A stretch of 47,835 bases of DNA from Eubacteriales bacterium (GTDB lineage Bacteria > Bacillota > Clostridia > Oscillospirales > CAG-382): positions 1 through 47,835 of the forward strand of contig JAZSLN010000096.1 in the NCBI GenBank assembly GCA_045535385.1, read 5' to 3'. The notes under the pieces were generated by a model, which saw nothing but the letters and a program-made list of their open reading frames with translations, ran no database searches and was not told where the DNA came from. Of this stretch, positions 18,285-26,662 are shown piece by piece (position 1 is the stretch's first letter; every line of letters starts with the position of its first letter). The position numbers and the translations under genes are program-made.

Positions 18285-20171
18285 ATGCTTAAACGTCTTA
18301 TAACGCTTTTGCTTTGTACTTCTTTAATATTGTGTGTTCTCCCTTTATCGACCGTCGCGCCGAGCGTTTCCGCATCGGATTACGTATTCGGCGACCGTAT
18401 TCTCTACGGCGGTATTGCGGTTGACGTCGGCAAAGACGTTTATTATACCGAAAACGGAAGTCTTTTCAAGCGCTGTCCCGACGGAAGCAGCGAGTTTATC
18501 GCGCCTTATGATGCAAAATGTCTCAATTATACCGAGGACAAGCTATGGTTTATCGCCGATAATTCGGTCATATCCATTGAACTCGACGGAAGCAACGCGA
18601 AAACTCACCTGAGCTCCGATTCCCCCATCTCCTGCCTTTACGTTATCGACGGTGATATTCTTTACCTCAAGGGCAACAGGGTGCTTTCGCTATCGAACGG
18701 AAGAACTGAGGTACTTCTCGAAAGAGACGGCATCGAGGGCTTCGAGCCCCTTTCCGACGGAAAGATACGTTGGGTCAAATCCAACCCCGATTACAAAGAG
18801 ATCGACGCATCCTCGGGCGAGGTTTACGAGGACGGAGTTGACGAGTTTATCTCCTATATCGCTTCTCCTAACAGCGAGCCGAGCGAGGACGTTATCCGCC
18901 CGACAAATTATCTGGAAGCTGCCGTGGCTTCGGCCTCTTCTACATACAGCGGGCCTTACGTTCAGGTCGGCGAGGTTACTCTTCCGCTTGAAAACCATAT
19001 GCCCGGCACCTTCTTCTCGAAAAACGGTATGGCTTGCACCTGCCACGGCACGGGCAACAATTACTGTATAGATTCGGTCGGAAACTGCAACTGTATGCGC
19101 TATTATCCGACGGGATACAAGGAAACCTGCGAGATCGACCTTCTCGGCGCGCAATGCTTTGCGTTTGCAAGAATGGTGTTCTATACCTGCTTCGGCTTCA
19201 TCGACCACCCGATGAACTCCTCGCTTTATTACAACGTCGGCAGTCTGGAAAAAGGCGCGGTTACGACAAACAGTGTGAAGGCTCTTTTACAAAGAGCCGC
19301 TACCGGCGCACACGTCCGTCTTTCGTCGGGACATTCGGTTTCGATCCTGACGATGGACGAGGATTTTATAGTTATCTACCACGGAAACGCAGGCGGTAAC
19401 GGTGTTACGGCTCAGCCCTGTATCGTTTCCACGCGACGTTACACCTGGGAGGAATTTGCCGCAGGTGCCGCTTCAAAGGGTATCGATTACGTTAATATGC
19501 CCTTTAACCACCCCGATTCCGAGCTTATTGTAACAAAAAAAGAGGTCGGCTACTACCGCCTTAATTCAAATCTCAACCTTCGCGCCGCCACCAATACCCA
19601 ATCCGATTCGCTCGCGGTCGTACCTAAGGAAACGATAATCCCCGTTACGGAAATCGACGGCTTTTGGGGCAAAACAAAATACAACAACATCGACGGCTGG
19701 GTATTTCTCGAATATACTACCTTCTATACCCGACTCGGAATAACTCCGTCGGGCGACACGTTCGCTCTCGGCGATGACGGCTATCTGCGCGGAGCCGTGT
19801 GGAAGCTTAATTTAGAAGCCTTTTCGGAATATTTTGATATGCAGAACATCTCGGTTACCAAGCCGGACGGAAAAACGGTTGGAGACGGCGAATATATCGG
19901 TACGGGATATAACGTCTCCATAACAGTCGACGGTGAGGTTATCGACGAAGCAACTATATGTCTTGCGGGCGACCTTAACGGCAATTCGCTCCTCGATATC
20001 GGCGACTATCTCGTGCTTCGAAGCGCGGTTCTCGGAAAATATACCCTCTCCTCCGACCAGACCGCCGCGGGTGAAGTCAACGGCGACGGAAACATAAACT
20101 CCTTCGACTACGTTATGCTGAAGGCATATTTCTTTAACCCCGACTCATCAATTTTCGATAATTTTAAGTAA
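18285..20171 (+). CDS. Secreted dockerin-bearing protein: DUF5050-like N-terminal region, Cys-rich putative Cys/His hydrolase region, SH3b domain, type I dockerin
   Basis: Signal peptide (LLLCTSLILCVLPLSTVAPSVSA). Cys-rich region CTCHGTGNNYCIDSVGNCNCMRYY...GAQCFAFARMVF...SSGHSVSI. SH3b-like segment YYRLNSNLNLRAA...IDGFWGKTKYNNIDGWVFLEY. Dockerin duplicated F-hand DLNGNSLLDIGDYLVL...VNGDGNINSFDYVML. Confidence 0.75.
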   Translation: MLKRLITLLLCTSLILCVLPLSTVAPSVSASDYVFGDRILYGGIAVDVGKDVYYTENGSLFKRCPDGSSEFIAPYDAKCLNYTEDKLWFIADNSVISIELDGSNAKTHLSSDSPISCLYVIDGDILYLKGNRVLSLSNGRTEVLLERDGIEGFEPLSDGKIRWVKSNPDYKEIDASSGEVYEDGVDEFISYIASPNSEPSEDVIRPTNYLEAAVASASSTYSGPYVQVGEVTLPLENHMPGTFFSKNGMACTCHGTGNNYCIDSVGNCNCMRYYPTGYKETCEIDLLGAQCFAFARMVFYTCFGFIDHPMNSSLYYNVGSLEKGAVTTNSVKALLQRAATGAHVRLSSGHSVSILTMDEDFIVIYHGNAGGNGVTAQPCIVSTRRYTWEEFAAGAASKGIDYVNMPFNHPDSELIVTKKEVGYYRLNSNLNLRAATNTQSDSLAVVPKETIIPVTEIDGFWGKTKYNNIDGWVFLEYTTFYTRLGITPSGDTFALGDDGYLRGAVWKLNLEAFSEYFDMQNISVTKPDGKTVGDGEYIGTGYNVSITVDGEVIDEATICLAGDLNGNSLLDIGDYLVLRSAVLGKYTLSSDQTAAGEVNGDGNINSFDYVMLKAYFFNPDSSIFDNFK

Positions 20172-20189
20172 AATATAATTACAGGTAAC

Positions 20190-20216
20190 AAAAAAGGAGC
20201 TTTCGCTCCTTTTTTT
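20190..20216. terminator. Bidirectional intrinsic terminator between the two dockerin genes
   Basis: aaaaaaggagc-tttc-gctcctttttttg. Confidence 0.75.
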
Positions 20217-20227
20217 GTTGTATTGGA

Positions 20228-22702
20228 TCAATTCGATAAACAAGCCGATTTGACGGCAACATAGTCGAACATATTAAGCTTTCCGTCGCCGTTTACGTCT
20301 GCGTCGGTTTTTTCATCATCGGTCGCATTGCTCTTGAAATATGTCGATTTTACGACAACATAGTCAAACATATTGACCTTTCCGTCGAGGTTGACGTCGT
20401 TTTTCAAGTAATCGCGTTCACCGAAAAAGAAAGTGATCGTGCCGGTTGATGAATCCCAATAGCTTACGGCAAAAGTGTAGGTTTTACCGGCTTCCAACTC
20501 ATATTCCAAACGGAAATTGTAGTCTGCTCCGCTGTCATCATCGCTTGCAATCTCGTTACCGTCCCCGTCGTACACATATATTCTCGTATCTTCATCGCCT
20601 TTAGAATACATCAGATACGACTTGGTGGTATCGGGAGTGAAGGTGAAATATTTGTATTCACCGACGGTAGAAATAACAGCGGTGTTTGTGCCGAGATCAA
20701 GGGGAGATAAATCACCGAAAAAGAAAGTGATCGTGCCGGTTGATGAATCCCAATAGCTTACGGCAAAAGTGTAGGTTTTACCAGCTTCCAACTCATATTC
20801 CAAACGGAAATTGTAGTCTGCGCCGCTGTCATCATCGCTTGCAATCTCGTTTCCGTCCCCGTCGTACACATATATTTTCGTATCTTCATCGCCTTTAGAA
20901 TACATTAGATACGATTTGGTGGCATCAGGAGTGAAGGTGAAATATTTTATTTCTCCGGCTTCGGAAATTTCTGCTGTGTTGGTTCCATATGAGATTGTAT
21001 CATACACTTCTTTGAAAACGAAAGGCAACAATCCAACCTCGTCTGATTGGTAGAACTTCACGCCTATAATGTACTTTTCTCCTGCATTAAAATCATATTC
21101 TAAACAAAAATTGGCACCGTTGCCGCTGTCATCATCTTTGGCGAGGATATTGTTCTCGTCGTCGAATAAATACACCTGGGTATCGTGTTCTATGTTAGAA
21201 TAGATAACATATCTTTTATCTGCTGTGGGAGAAAACGAAAAATATGCCATCGATCCTTCGGGACGAATGATTGCAACTGCTCCGCCGCCATCTTGTTCAA
21301 GAATACGCAATGTACCAAAATTCAAGGTTATCGTACCTGTCTTCGTTGAGCTATAGTATCTTATTCCGAACTTATAAGTCGTATCCTTTACCAAATCGAT
21401 TTCCAAGCGGAAATTCCCATTAGCTCCTCCATCGTCATTGCTTGCGATTTCATTTCCATCAGAATCATATAAATATACTTCTGTATCTTCATCCCCGACT
21501 GAATAAATCAAATACGTTCCGTCCGACGAAGGAGTGAAGGTGAAATACTTAAACTCTCCACCAATAGAAATATCCACCGTGTATGTTCCCGGTCGTATCG
21601 AATCATAAGCAACTTCCCATACTGCGTATATAGTTCTGCTTGTGTTTGAAGTATATGTATCTCCGGGTTGATATGTGGCAGTAGTTGCGGTGTTGCTGTT
21701 CGCCCATCCGAGAAAATTATAACCTTCACGAGTCGGAACTATATCGCTTAGAGCAATATCTGATGCATAGTCCTTCGTTTGCGAAGAAGGGGCTCCTGTT
21801 CCGCCATTAGCGTTATAGGAGATTGTGTATGTACTGCCGAAAACAAAACTTATCGTACCTGTTTTTAATGAACTGTTATATTTTACGCCGAAAGTGTAGG
21901 TGGTGTCTGCTTCCAAATAATATTGCAAACGAAAGTTGCGGTCTTCTCCGCCGTCATTATTGTACGTGATTTGGTTGCCGTTAGAGTTATATAAATATAC
22001 AATTGTATCTTCTGTTCCTGTTGAATATATCACATAATCCCTACCGGTTGTAGGAGTATACGAAAAATATTGAACTTCTCCGCCGGTGGAGATAGTGGCT
22101 TCTTTTTTAGTGTTGACGGATAGTGGAGTGGTTTTGTCCCGAACAGGAATTTTATCCGAAGTTTTTACCCAGGCGGTTTTCCATGTGTTTCCAGAAAGCC
22201 AACTCTCCATATTGCTGTATCCAAACGAACCGGGACCTACTACATTGTTTCCGTCACGAAAAGGATTAAGGACGTGAAAATCCTTCATTTGCAAAGAAGA
22301 AGAAGTGGGACGATATGCGTACACAACACCAAAGTGATTTGCTCCTACGCGCTGAATAATAACAGGATTTCCTGCGGCCAGCTGATTATATACAGACTGT
22401 AGAGAGCAAGTAATCGAGGTGTATCCAAGATTGGATGCGTTGCTTGAGGACAGTGTTGCACCGGGATTAAAGTCCATTACGGTTTGATATACATAGTCAT
22501 CGTTTTCGCCATATCCATGATCATATGCCTCTACCATCGAAAGGCAAGAATTCACGCAAACATTAGCGCTTCGCTGGCAAAAGAACGGGACCGAAAGCTC
22601 AATAGCCGTTGCCGCGCTTGCGGTTAGTGTCATCGGCGCAATAATGCCGACGATCATAAATACAGTCAGCAGCAACGCCGTTAGACGTTTTGTTTTTCTC
22701 AT
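20228..22702 (-). CDS. Secreted dockerin-bearing protein: peptidase C39-like domain, six PPC-type (pre-peptidase C-terminal-like) beta-sandwich repeats with one Listeria-Bacteroides (InlB B-type) repeat after the first, type I dockerin
   Basis: Signal peptide. C39-like region PFFCQRS..C.NSCLSMV...HFGVVYAY. Six PPC-like units share the pattern YF.F.P...Y.(I/M)YS.G..DT.(V/I)Y(L/V)(Y/F)D..GN.(I/L)A..DD(G/S)G...NF.L. The Listeria-Bacteroides repeat is YTISYNANGGTGAPSSQTKDY...REGYNFLGWA...TIYAVWE. The dockerin is DVNLDGKVNMFDYVVV...VNGDGKLNMFDYVAV. Confidence 0.75.
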   Translation of the reverse strand: MRKTKRLTALLLTVFMIVGIIAPMTLTASAATAIELSVPFFCQRSANVCVNSCLSMVEAYDHGYGENDDYVYQTVMDFNPGATLSSSNASNLGYTSITCSLQSVYNQLAAGNPVIIQRVGANHFGVVYAYRPTSSSLQMKDFHVLNPFRDGNNVVGPGSFGYSNMESWLSGNTWKTAWVKTSDKIPVRDKTTPLSVNTKKEATISTGGEVQYFSYTPTTGRDYVIYSTGTEDTIVYLYNSNGNQITYNNDGGEDRNFRLQYYLEADTTYTFGVKYNSSLKTGTISFVFGSTYTISYNANGGTGAPSSQTKDYASDIALSDIVPTREGYNFLGWANSNTATTATYQPGDTYTSNTSRTIYAVWEVAYDSIRPGTYTVDISIGGEFKYFTFTPSSDGTYLIYSVGDEDTEVYLYDSDGNEIASNDDGGANGNFRLEIDLVKDTTYKFGIRYYSSTKTGTITLNFGTLRILEQDGGGAVAIIRPEGSMAYFSFSPTADKRYVIYSNIEHDTQVYLFDDENNILAKDDDSGNGANFCLEYDFNAGEKYIIGVKFYQSDEVGLLPFVFKEVYDTISYGTNTAEISEAGEIKYFTFTPDATKSYLMYSKGDEDTKIYVYDGDGNEIASDDDSGADYNFRLEYELEAGKTYTFAVSYWDSSTGTITFFFGDLSPLDLGTNTAVISTVGEYKYFTFTPDTTKSYLMYSKGDEDTRIYVYDGDGNEIASDDDSGADYNFRLEYELEAGKTYTFAVSYWDSSTGTITFFFGERDYLKNDVNLDGKVNMFDYVVVKSTYFKSNATDDEKTDADVNGDGKLNMFDYVAVKSACLSN
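20419..21006. repeat. Tandem duplication of a 294-bp (98-codon) PPC-repeat unit inside the 824-aa gene
   Basis: 20419-20712 and 20713-21006 are nearly identical over their first ~230 nt (about 8 substitutions by eye) and diverge only at the distal ends. The two encoded repeats differ at very few residues in that stretch. Confidence 0.9.
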
Positions 22703-22842
22703 AATTTTCCCCTTATCTTAATTATTTCTAAAAAATGGTCTATTTATAGCCTATAGTATCATATATAGCCCATTTTGTCAACGATATACAGGTAAAATAA
22801 CCATATACAACACCGTGAAAATTTCAAGAAACGGAGATTTAT

Positions 22843-23085
22843 ATGGACACCTACACCGCTGTGAAAAATCGTCTTTTATACCTTTTGGAAGAGAGAAATA
22901 TGTCGATACACAAGCTTGCCACCGAATCAGGCGTTGCACCGTCTACCGTTAAAAACATTTTGTACGGAAAAAGCGTAAATCCCGGTATAGTTACAATAAA
23001 AATGCTTTGCGACGGATTCGGCATAACGCTTAATGAGTTTTTCAACACTAAAGATTTTTTTGAGCTTGAACAGGAAATACGATAG
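22843..23085 (+). CDS. XRE-family helix-turn-helix transcriptional regulator (80 aa)
   Basis: LLEERNMSIHKLATESGVAPSTVKNILYGKS is a Cro/C1-type HTH. Confidence 0.8.
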   Translation: MDTYTAVKNRLLYLLEERNMSIHKLATESGVAPSTVKNILYGKSVNPGIVTIKMLCDGFGITLNEFFNTKDFFELEQEIR

Positions 23086-23086
23086 A

Positions 23087-23120
23087 AAAAGGCTTTTGGA
23101 CAGACATCCAAAAGCCTTTT
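23087..23120. terminator. Bidirectional intrinsic terminator
   Basis: aaaaggcttttgga-cagaca-tccaaaagcctttt, a perfect 14-bp stem. Confidence 0.8.
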
Positions 23121-23131
23121 GTATATAAGAT

Positions 23132-23728
23132 TTATTCCTCGATAATAAGCGTACCGAAAAATTCGGGGCGGTGGAAATCGGGAGTTTCGTTATCTACGGG
23201 AGACCACATACCGAAATGGGGGATCTCGGTATCGTCGCCGCATTTATAGAAGTTACCCTTAAACTGTTCGCCGCGGCCGAAGGAGAATTTTCCGAAGGTC
23301 TTACCGATAAAATCGTTCGAGAAGAAGACCTCGACGCTCCACTTGCCGTCTTCTTTGGTTGCGGTTACTTTGGGAAGCGGTGCGAGCATATTTATAGGAG
23401 TTTTATTTGCGCGGTCGGTACGTACTGCCGCAAGAAACGCGCCGTTGGAGTTCATTTCGAAGTTCATATATTTCGGGTTCGCGCTGTTGAAGCTGACGAA
23501 AAACTCGAGACAGCTATCCTTATAAACGGGGTCGTTATACTTTGTGTATTCCGCCTTAGGGTTTTCCTCGTGCGCGGTCATCTTGAGCGCGAAGCCTCTG
23601 CCCTCGATATAAATAAGCTGAGCATACGCTTCGGGCGCATAGCCATCGGTCCATTTATAGTTCGAGATAAGAGCCTTTTCGGCGCGGGAAAAATCGATTT
23701 CTTTTTCAACACGGATAATGTATTCCAT
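23132..23728 (-). CDS. Cytoplasmic CBM9-like/DOMON-like carbohydrate-binding family protein
   Basis: 198 aa with no signal peptide. ..DSCLEFFVSFNSANPKYMNFEMNSNGAFLAA.. resembles the D.VE.F..P....Y.EFE.N..G core of CBM9-like proteins. Confidence 0.55.
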   Translation of the reverse strand: MEYIIRVEKEIDFSRAEKALISNYKWTDGYAPEAYAQLIYIEGRGFALKMTAHEENPKAEYTKYNDPVYKDSCLEFFVSFNSANPKYMNFEMNSNGAFLAAVRTDRANKTPINMLAPLPKVTATKEDGKWSVEVFFSNDFIGKTFGKFSFGRGEQFKGNFYKCGDDTEIPHFGMWSPVDNETPDFHRPEFFGTLIIEE

Positions 23729-23772
23729 AATTTTCTCCTTTTATACGTTTACAAACGTTTTATATTTCAATT

Positions 23773-24639
23773 TTATTCGATATCCTTGACTTTGTCAATA
23801 CGTTCGAGCCAAATCAGAAGGTCGTTTATCGCATTTTCGGCATCCTTCACGCCGAGCTCGTAGGTAGCGCGGATATTTTCGGGGTCGTGCTCCATTCTGC
23901 CCGCTTTAGGCGGCTCGGAGGGGCGGATAAGAAACACGCTTCCGTCGCGCACACCCTCATCGACGAGCTTCACGGAATTATTGTAATTATCGTGGCGCGA
24001 CTTCAAGGTTTCTTCAAATTCGGGATATTTTCCGTACACCAGCTTAGAGAACGCCGTCATTTCCTTCTTTTTCACATAATCCGAAGGGCGGGTCAGCACC
24101 ACAACGTTCTTTTCATATCCCATTTTACGAAACGCATCGAGCGGTATACTGTCGGAACAGCCTCCATCGAGATATTTTTTGCCGTTGATCTCCACAAGCC
24201 GTGAAAAATACGGAAGGCTTGCCGAAGCGCGTATAACGTCAATATCCGCAAACATATCGTTAAGGCGGATATATTCGGCTTTACCGCTTTCGACGTTGGT
24301 ACACACCGCATAAAAAGGGGTCCTATTTTTCAAAAAAGCCTCATTGTCATAAGGAACGAGCTTTTCGGGCAGCTCGTGATAGGAAAACTCCTCATCGACG
24401 ACGTCACCCGTGCGGAGCCAGTTTCGAAAACTCATAAATCTCGGCTCTTTACAATATTTCAAATAATAATCAATGCTTCTCCCCTTCTGACCCGAAAGGA
24501 ACGAGCAGCCGTGTACCGCACCTGCCGACACACCGATAAGACCGTCAAAGGTCAAACCGTATTTCATAAACGTATCGAGCACGCCCGCGGTATAAATTCC
24601 GCGCACACCGCCGCCCTCAAGAACAAGACCTGTTTTCAC
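23773..24639 (-). CDS. Patatin-like phospholipase family protein
   Basis: GLVLEGGGVRG oxyanion motif, GVSAGA nucleophile motif and DGG near the C-terminus. The likely start is the GTG at 24639, 7 nt after GAGGTG; the ORF extends to 24654. Confidence 0.85.
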   Translation of the reverse strand: MKTGLVLEGGGVRGIYTAGVLDTFMKYGLTFDGLIGVSAGAVHGCSFLSGQKGRSIDYYLKYCKEPRFMSFRNWLRTGDVVDEEFSYHELPEKLVPYDNEAFLKNRTPFYAVCTNVESGKAEYIRLNDMFADIDVIRASASLPYFSRLVEINGKKYLDGGCSDSIPLDAFRKMGYEKNVVVLTRPSDYVKKKEMTAFSKLVYGKYPEFEETLKSRHDNYNNSVKLVDEGVRDGSVFLIRPSEPPKAGRMEHDPENIRATYELGVKDAENAINDLLIWLERIDKVKDIE

Positions 24640-24835
24640 ACATCTGCACCTCATTTCAACATATGTGTATTACTGAGACAATAAATTGAAATTTGCCGAA
24701 AAGCACAACGTTTCATCCCTTTTGGGACGGTTCAAGATTCAATGCTTCAGCCAGTCAATTATATCACCGTTTCTTTGTCTATGCAACAAGTATATTTTTA
24801 ATTTTCGGGGCGAAAATAGCTTCGGAGGGTTTTTT

Positions 24836-24907
24836 ATGGAGCTATTCGCGGTCTTATTACTCATTTCGGCGGCAATTACGATGTTTCTTGCTCTTTTCGG
24901 CGGTTGA
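24836..24907 (+). CDS. Candidate 23-aa hydrophobic micro-protein (MELFAVLLLISAAITMFLALFGG)
   Basis: GGAGGG lies 6-7 nt upstream of the ATG. The peptide is a single predicted TM helix, followed 29 nt later by a strong hairpin terminator. No homology evidence is available. Confidence 0.3.
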   Translation: MELFAVLLLISAAITMFLALFGG

Positions 24908-24935
24908 CACTATAAAGCTCTAAGCGAAATAAGAA

Positions 24936-24976
24936 AACAGAACCCGAAAACGCATAGGTATGCGTTGGGTTCTGTT
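24936..24976. terminator. Bidirectional intrinsic terminator (two-tier hairpin)
   Basis: aacagaaccc..aacgca-taggta-tgcgtt..gggttctgtt with T-rich flanks on both strands. It lies downstream of mrp (-) and the micro-ORF (+). Confidence 0.7.
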
Positions 24977-25006
24977 ATTTATGATTCCTAAGCTTAGAAG
25001 GACAGA

Positions 25007-25816
25007 TTAAAACATATCCTCAAGCAGGCTTCCCTCATAGAGCTCGATCATACCCGCATCGCACGCCGCCGCAAGCTTCGGGTCGATGGGAAGGCGGGCA
25101 ACCTTCGGGATACCGTGCGCTTTCGCGATCTCTTCCACCTTACTTTCGCCGTAAATACGGTGTTCCTTACCGCAATCGGGGCATTGGAAATAGGAGAAGT
25201 TTTCCACAAGGCCGAGTATCGGAATGTTCATAAGCTCAGCCATACGAACCGCCTTACCGCCGATCATCGAAACGAGATCCTGAGGGCTGGTAACGATGAT
25301 CATACCGTCCACGGGAAGCGATTGGAAAACGGTAAGAGGTACGTCGCCGGTTCCGGGAGGCATATCTATAAACATAACGTCGTTTTCGCCCCAATTAACG
25401 TCGGTCCAGAACTGCTTTACGCAACCAGCGATAATCGGGCCGCGCCATGCAACGGGGTCGCTCGCATCGGGAAGAAGAAGGTTAAGCGACATAACCTTGA
25501 TTCCCTTTTGGGTTTCGGGAGGAATCATCGACTCGCCGTCGCTCATAACCTCACCGTTTACACCGAAGCACATCGGTATCGAAGGGCCTGTTATATCCGC
25601 GTCGAGGATTGCGGTCTTAAGACCCTTACGGTTCGCATTAACCGCAAGAAGAGAGGTAACGAGCGATTTACCGACACCGCCCTTACCGCTTACAACAGCG
25701 ATAACCTTGCCTATTTTACTTCCCTCTCTGAGAGGTTCGATCATACTTCTTTCTTTTTGGTCCCGACTGCTGCAATTTGCACTGCAGGTCGAGCAATCGT
25801 GGGTGCATTCACTCAT
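25007..25816 (-). CDS. Mrp/NBP35 (ApbC) family Fe-S cluster carrier ATPase
   Basis: N-terminal Cys-rich CTHDCSTCSANC, deviant Walker A VVSGKGGVGKS, and a CPDCG motif. Confidence 0.85.
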   Translation of the reverse strand: MSECTHDCSTCSANCSSRDQKERSMIEPLREGSKIGKVIAVVSGKGGVGKSLVTSLLAVNANRKGLKTAILDADITGPSIPMCFGVNGEVMSDGESMIPPETQKGIKVMSLNLLLPDASDPVAWRGPIIAGCVKQFWTDVNWGENDVMFIDMPPGTGDVPLTVFQSLPVDGMIIVTSPQDLVSMIGGKAVRMAELMNIPILGLVENFSYFQCPDCGKEHRIYGESKVEEIAKAHGIPKVARLPIDPKLAAACDAGMIELYEGSLLEDMF

Positions 25817-25830
25817 TTTAAGTTCCTCGC

Positions 25831-26640
25831 TTACATATTTTTAAGAAAGTCTATACTTGATTTCGCGCATTCCATCGGAGATTTTCCCATCGAAGGCTCG
25901 TCCTGTTCGACGATAAGCCATTCGACACCGCATTTTTCGGCGGAATCGATTATTGCGTAAAAATCCTGAACACCGCTTCCGACCGGGCGAAATTCGAAGG
26001 TCTTGGGTGCTTCCTTTTTAGTTTCGTCAATACCGATAAGGTTATACATATTTTCGCTTTTTTCGCCGACAAAATCCTTCAAATGGAGCAACGGACAGCG
26101 GTTTTTATACTTTTCGAGGTATTTTACGGGGTCCTCGCCCGCAACACGTACCCAGCAGGTATCTTGTTGCATTTTCAGGTTTTCGGGTGATGTATTTCCG
26201 TAAAGGTAATCGAAGCCGTATTCGCCGTTTTCCATTTTTACGAACTCAAAATCGTGGTTATGGTAGCTTAAGGTCATTCCCGAATTTCTCATCATCTCCC
26301 CGAATTTTTCCAAATCCTTAACAACCTCGAAAAATCCCTCTTTTCTGGGACGGTCCTCAAGCGCAAGTCCGGGGACAACGAGATGCCGACATCCCAAAAG
26401 CTTATAATCGTTTATCACTTTTTCGGCATCGTCGCGCAGATCGTACAGCGAAATATGAGCCGAAACGGGTATCAGACCTATCTCGTCGAGGAGATTTTTC
26501 ATTTCTTCGGGGGTTTTTCCGCAAAAGCCCGCCAATTCAACCCCGTCATAGCCGTAATCCTTAACGGCACGGAGCGTTTTTTCGGTATCGTTCGCCATAT
26601 CGTCGCGAAGCGAATATAGCTGAATAGCAACAGGAAGCAT
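25831..26640 (-). CDS. Sugar phosphate isomerase/epimerase (xylose isomerase-like TIM barrel)
   Basis: AIQLYSLRD..., GYDGVELAG, YHNHDFEF and VEQD motifs. GGAGGA lies 7 nt before the ATG at 26640; the ORF track starts at a TTG at 26658. Confidence 0.8.
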   Translation of the reverse strand: MLPVAIQLYSLRDDMANDTEKTLRAVKDYGYDGVELAGFCGKTPEEMKNLLDEIGLIPVSAHISLYDLRDDAEKVINDYKLLGCRHLVVPGLALEDRPRKEGFFEVVKDLEKFGEMMRNSGMTLSYHNHDFEFVKMENGEYGFDYLYGNTSPENLKMQQDTCWVRVAGEDPVKYLEKYKNRCPLLHLKDFVGEKSENMYNLIGIDETKKEAPKTFEFRPVGSGVQDFYAIIDSAEKCGVEWLIVEQDEPSMGKSPMECAKSSIDFLKNM

Positions 26641-26662
26641 ATTTTTATCCTCCGTCAATTAT

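Noticed and set aside
20419-21006. Diversity-generating retroelement (template/variable repeat pair) as an explanation for the near-identical 294-bp repeats.
   Set aside because: The substitutions between the copies are of mixed types with no adenine-specific pattern. The copies are in-frame tandem units of the same gene, and no reverse transcriptase or accessory gene is nearby. This is a plain tandem duplication.
21900-22702. C39 peptidase domain as evidence of a bacteriocin-processing ABC exporter.
   Set aside because: The domain is at the N-terminus of a signal-peptide-bearing, dockerin-containing secreted protein. It is not fused to an ABC transporter, and there is no double-glycine leader peptide gene nearby.
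23773-24639. Patatin-like phospholipase as a CBASS or other defence effector, with the adjacent XRE regulator as part of a defence or toxin-antitoxin module.
   Set aside because: There is no cyclase/nucleotidyltransferase, no sensor domain fused to the patatin, and no partner gene in an operon. The size and motifs fit the ordinary stand-alone patatin family found in Firmicutes. XRE is separated from it by a terminator and an unrelated gene.
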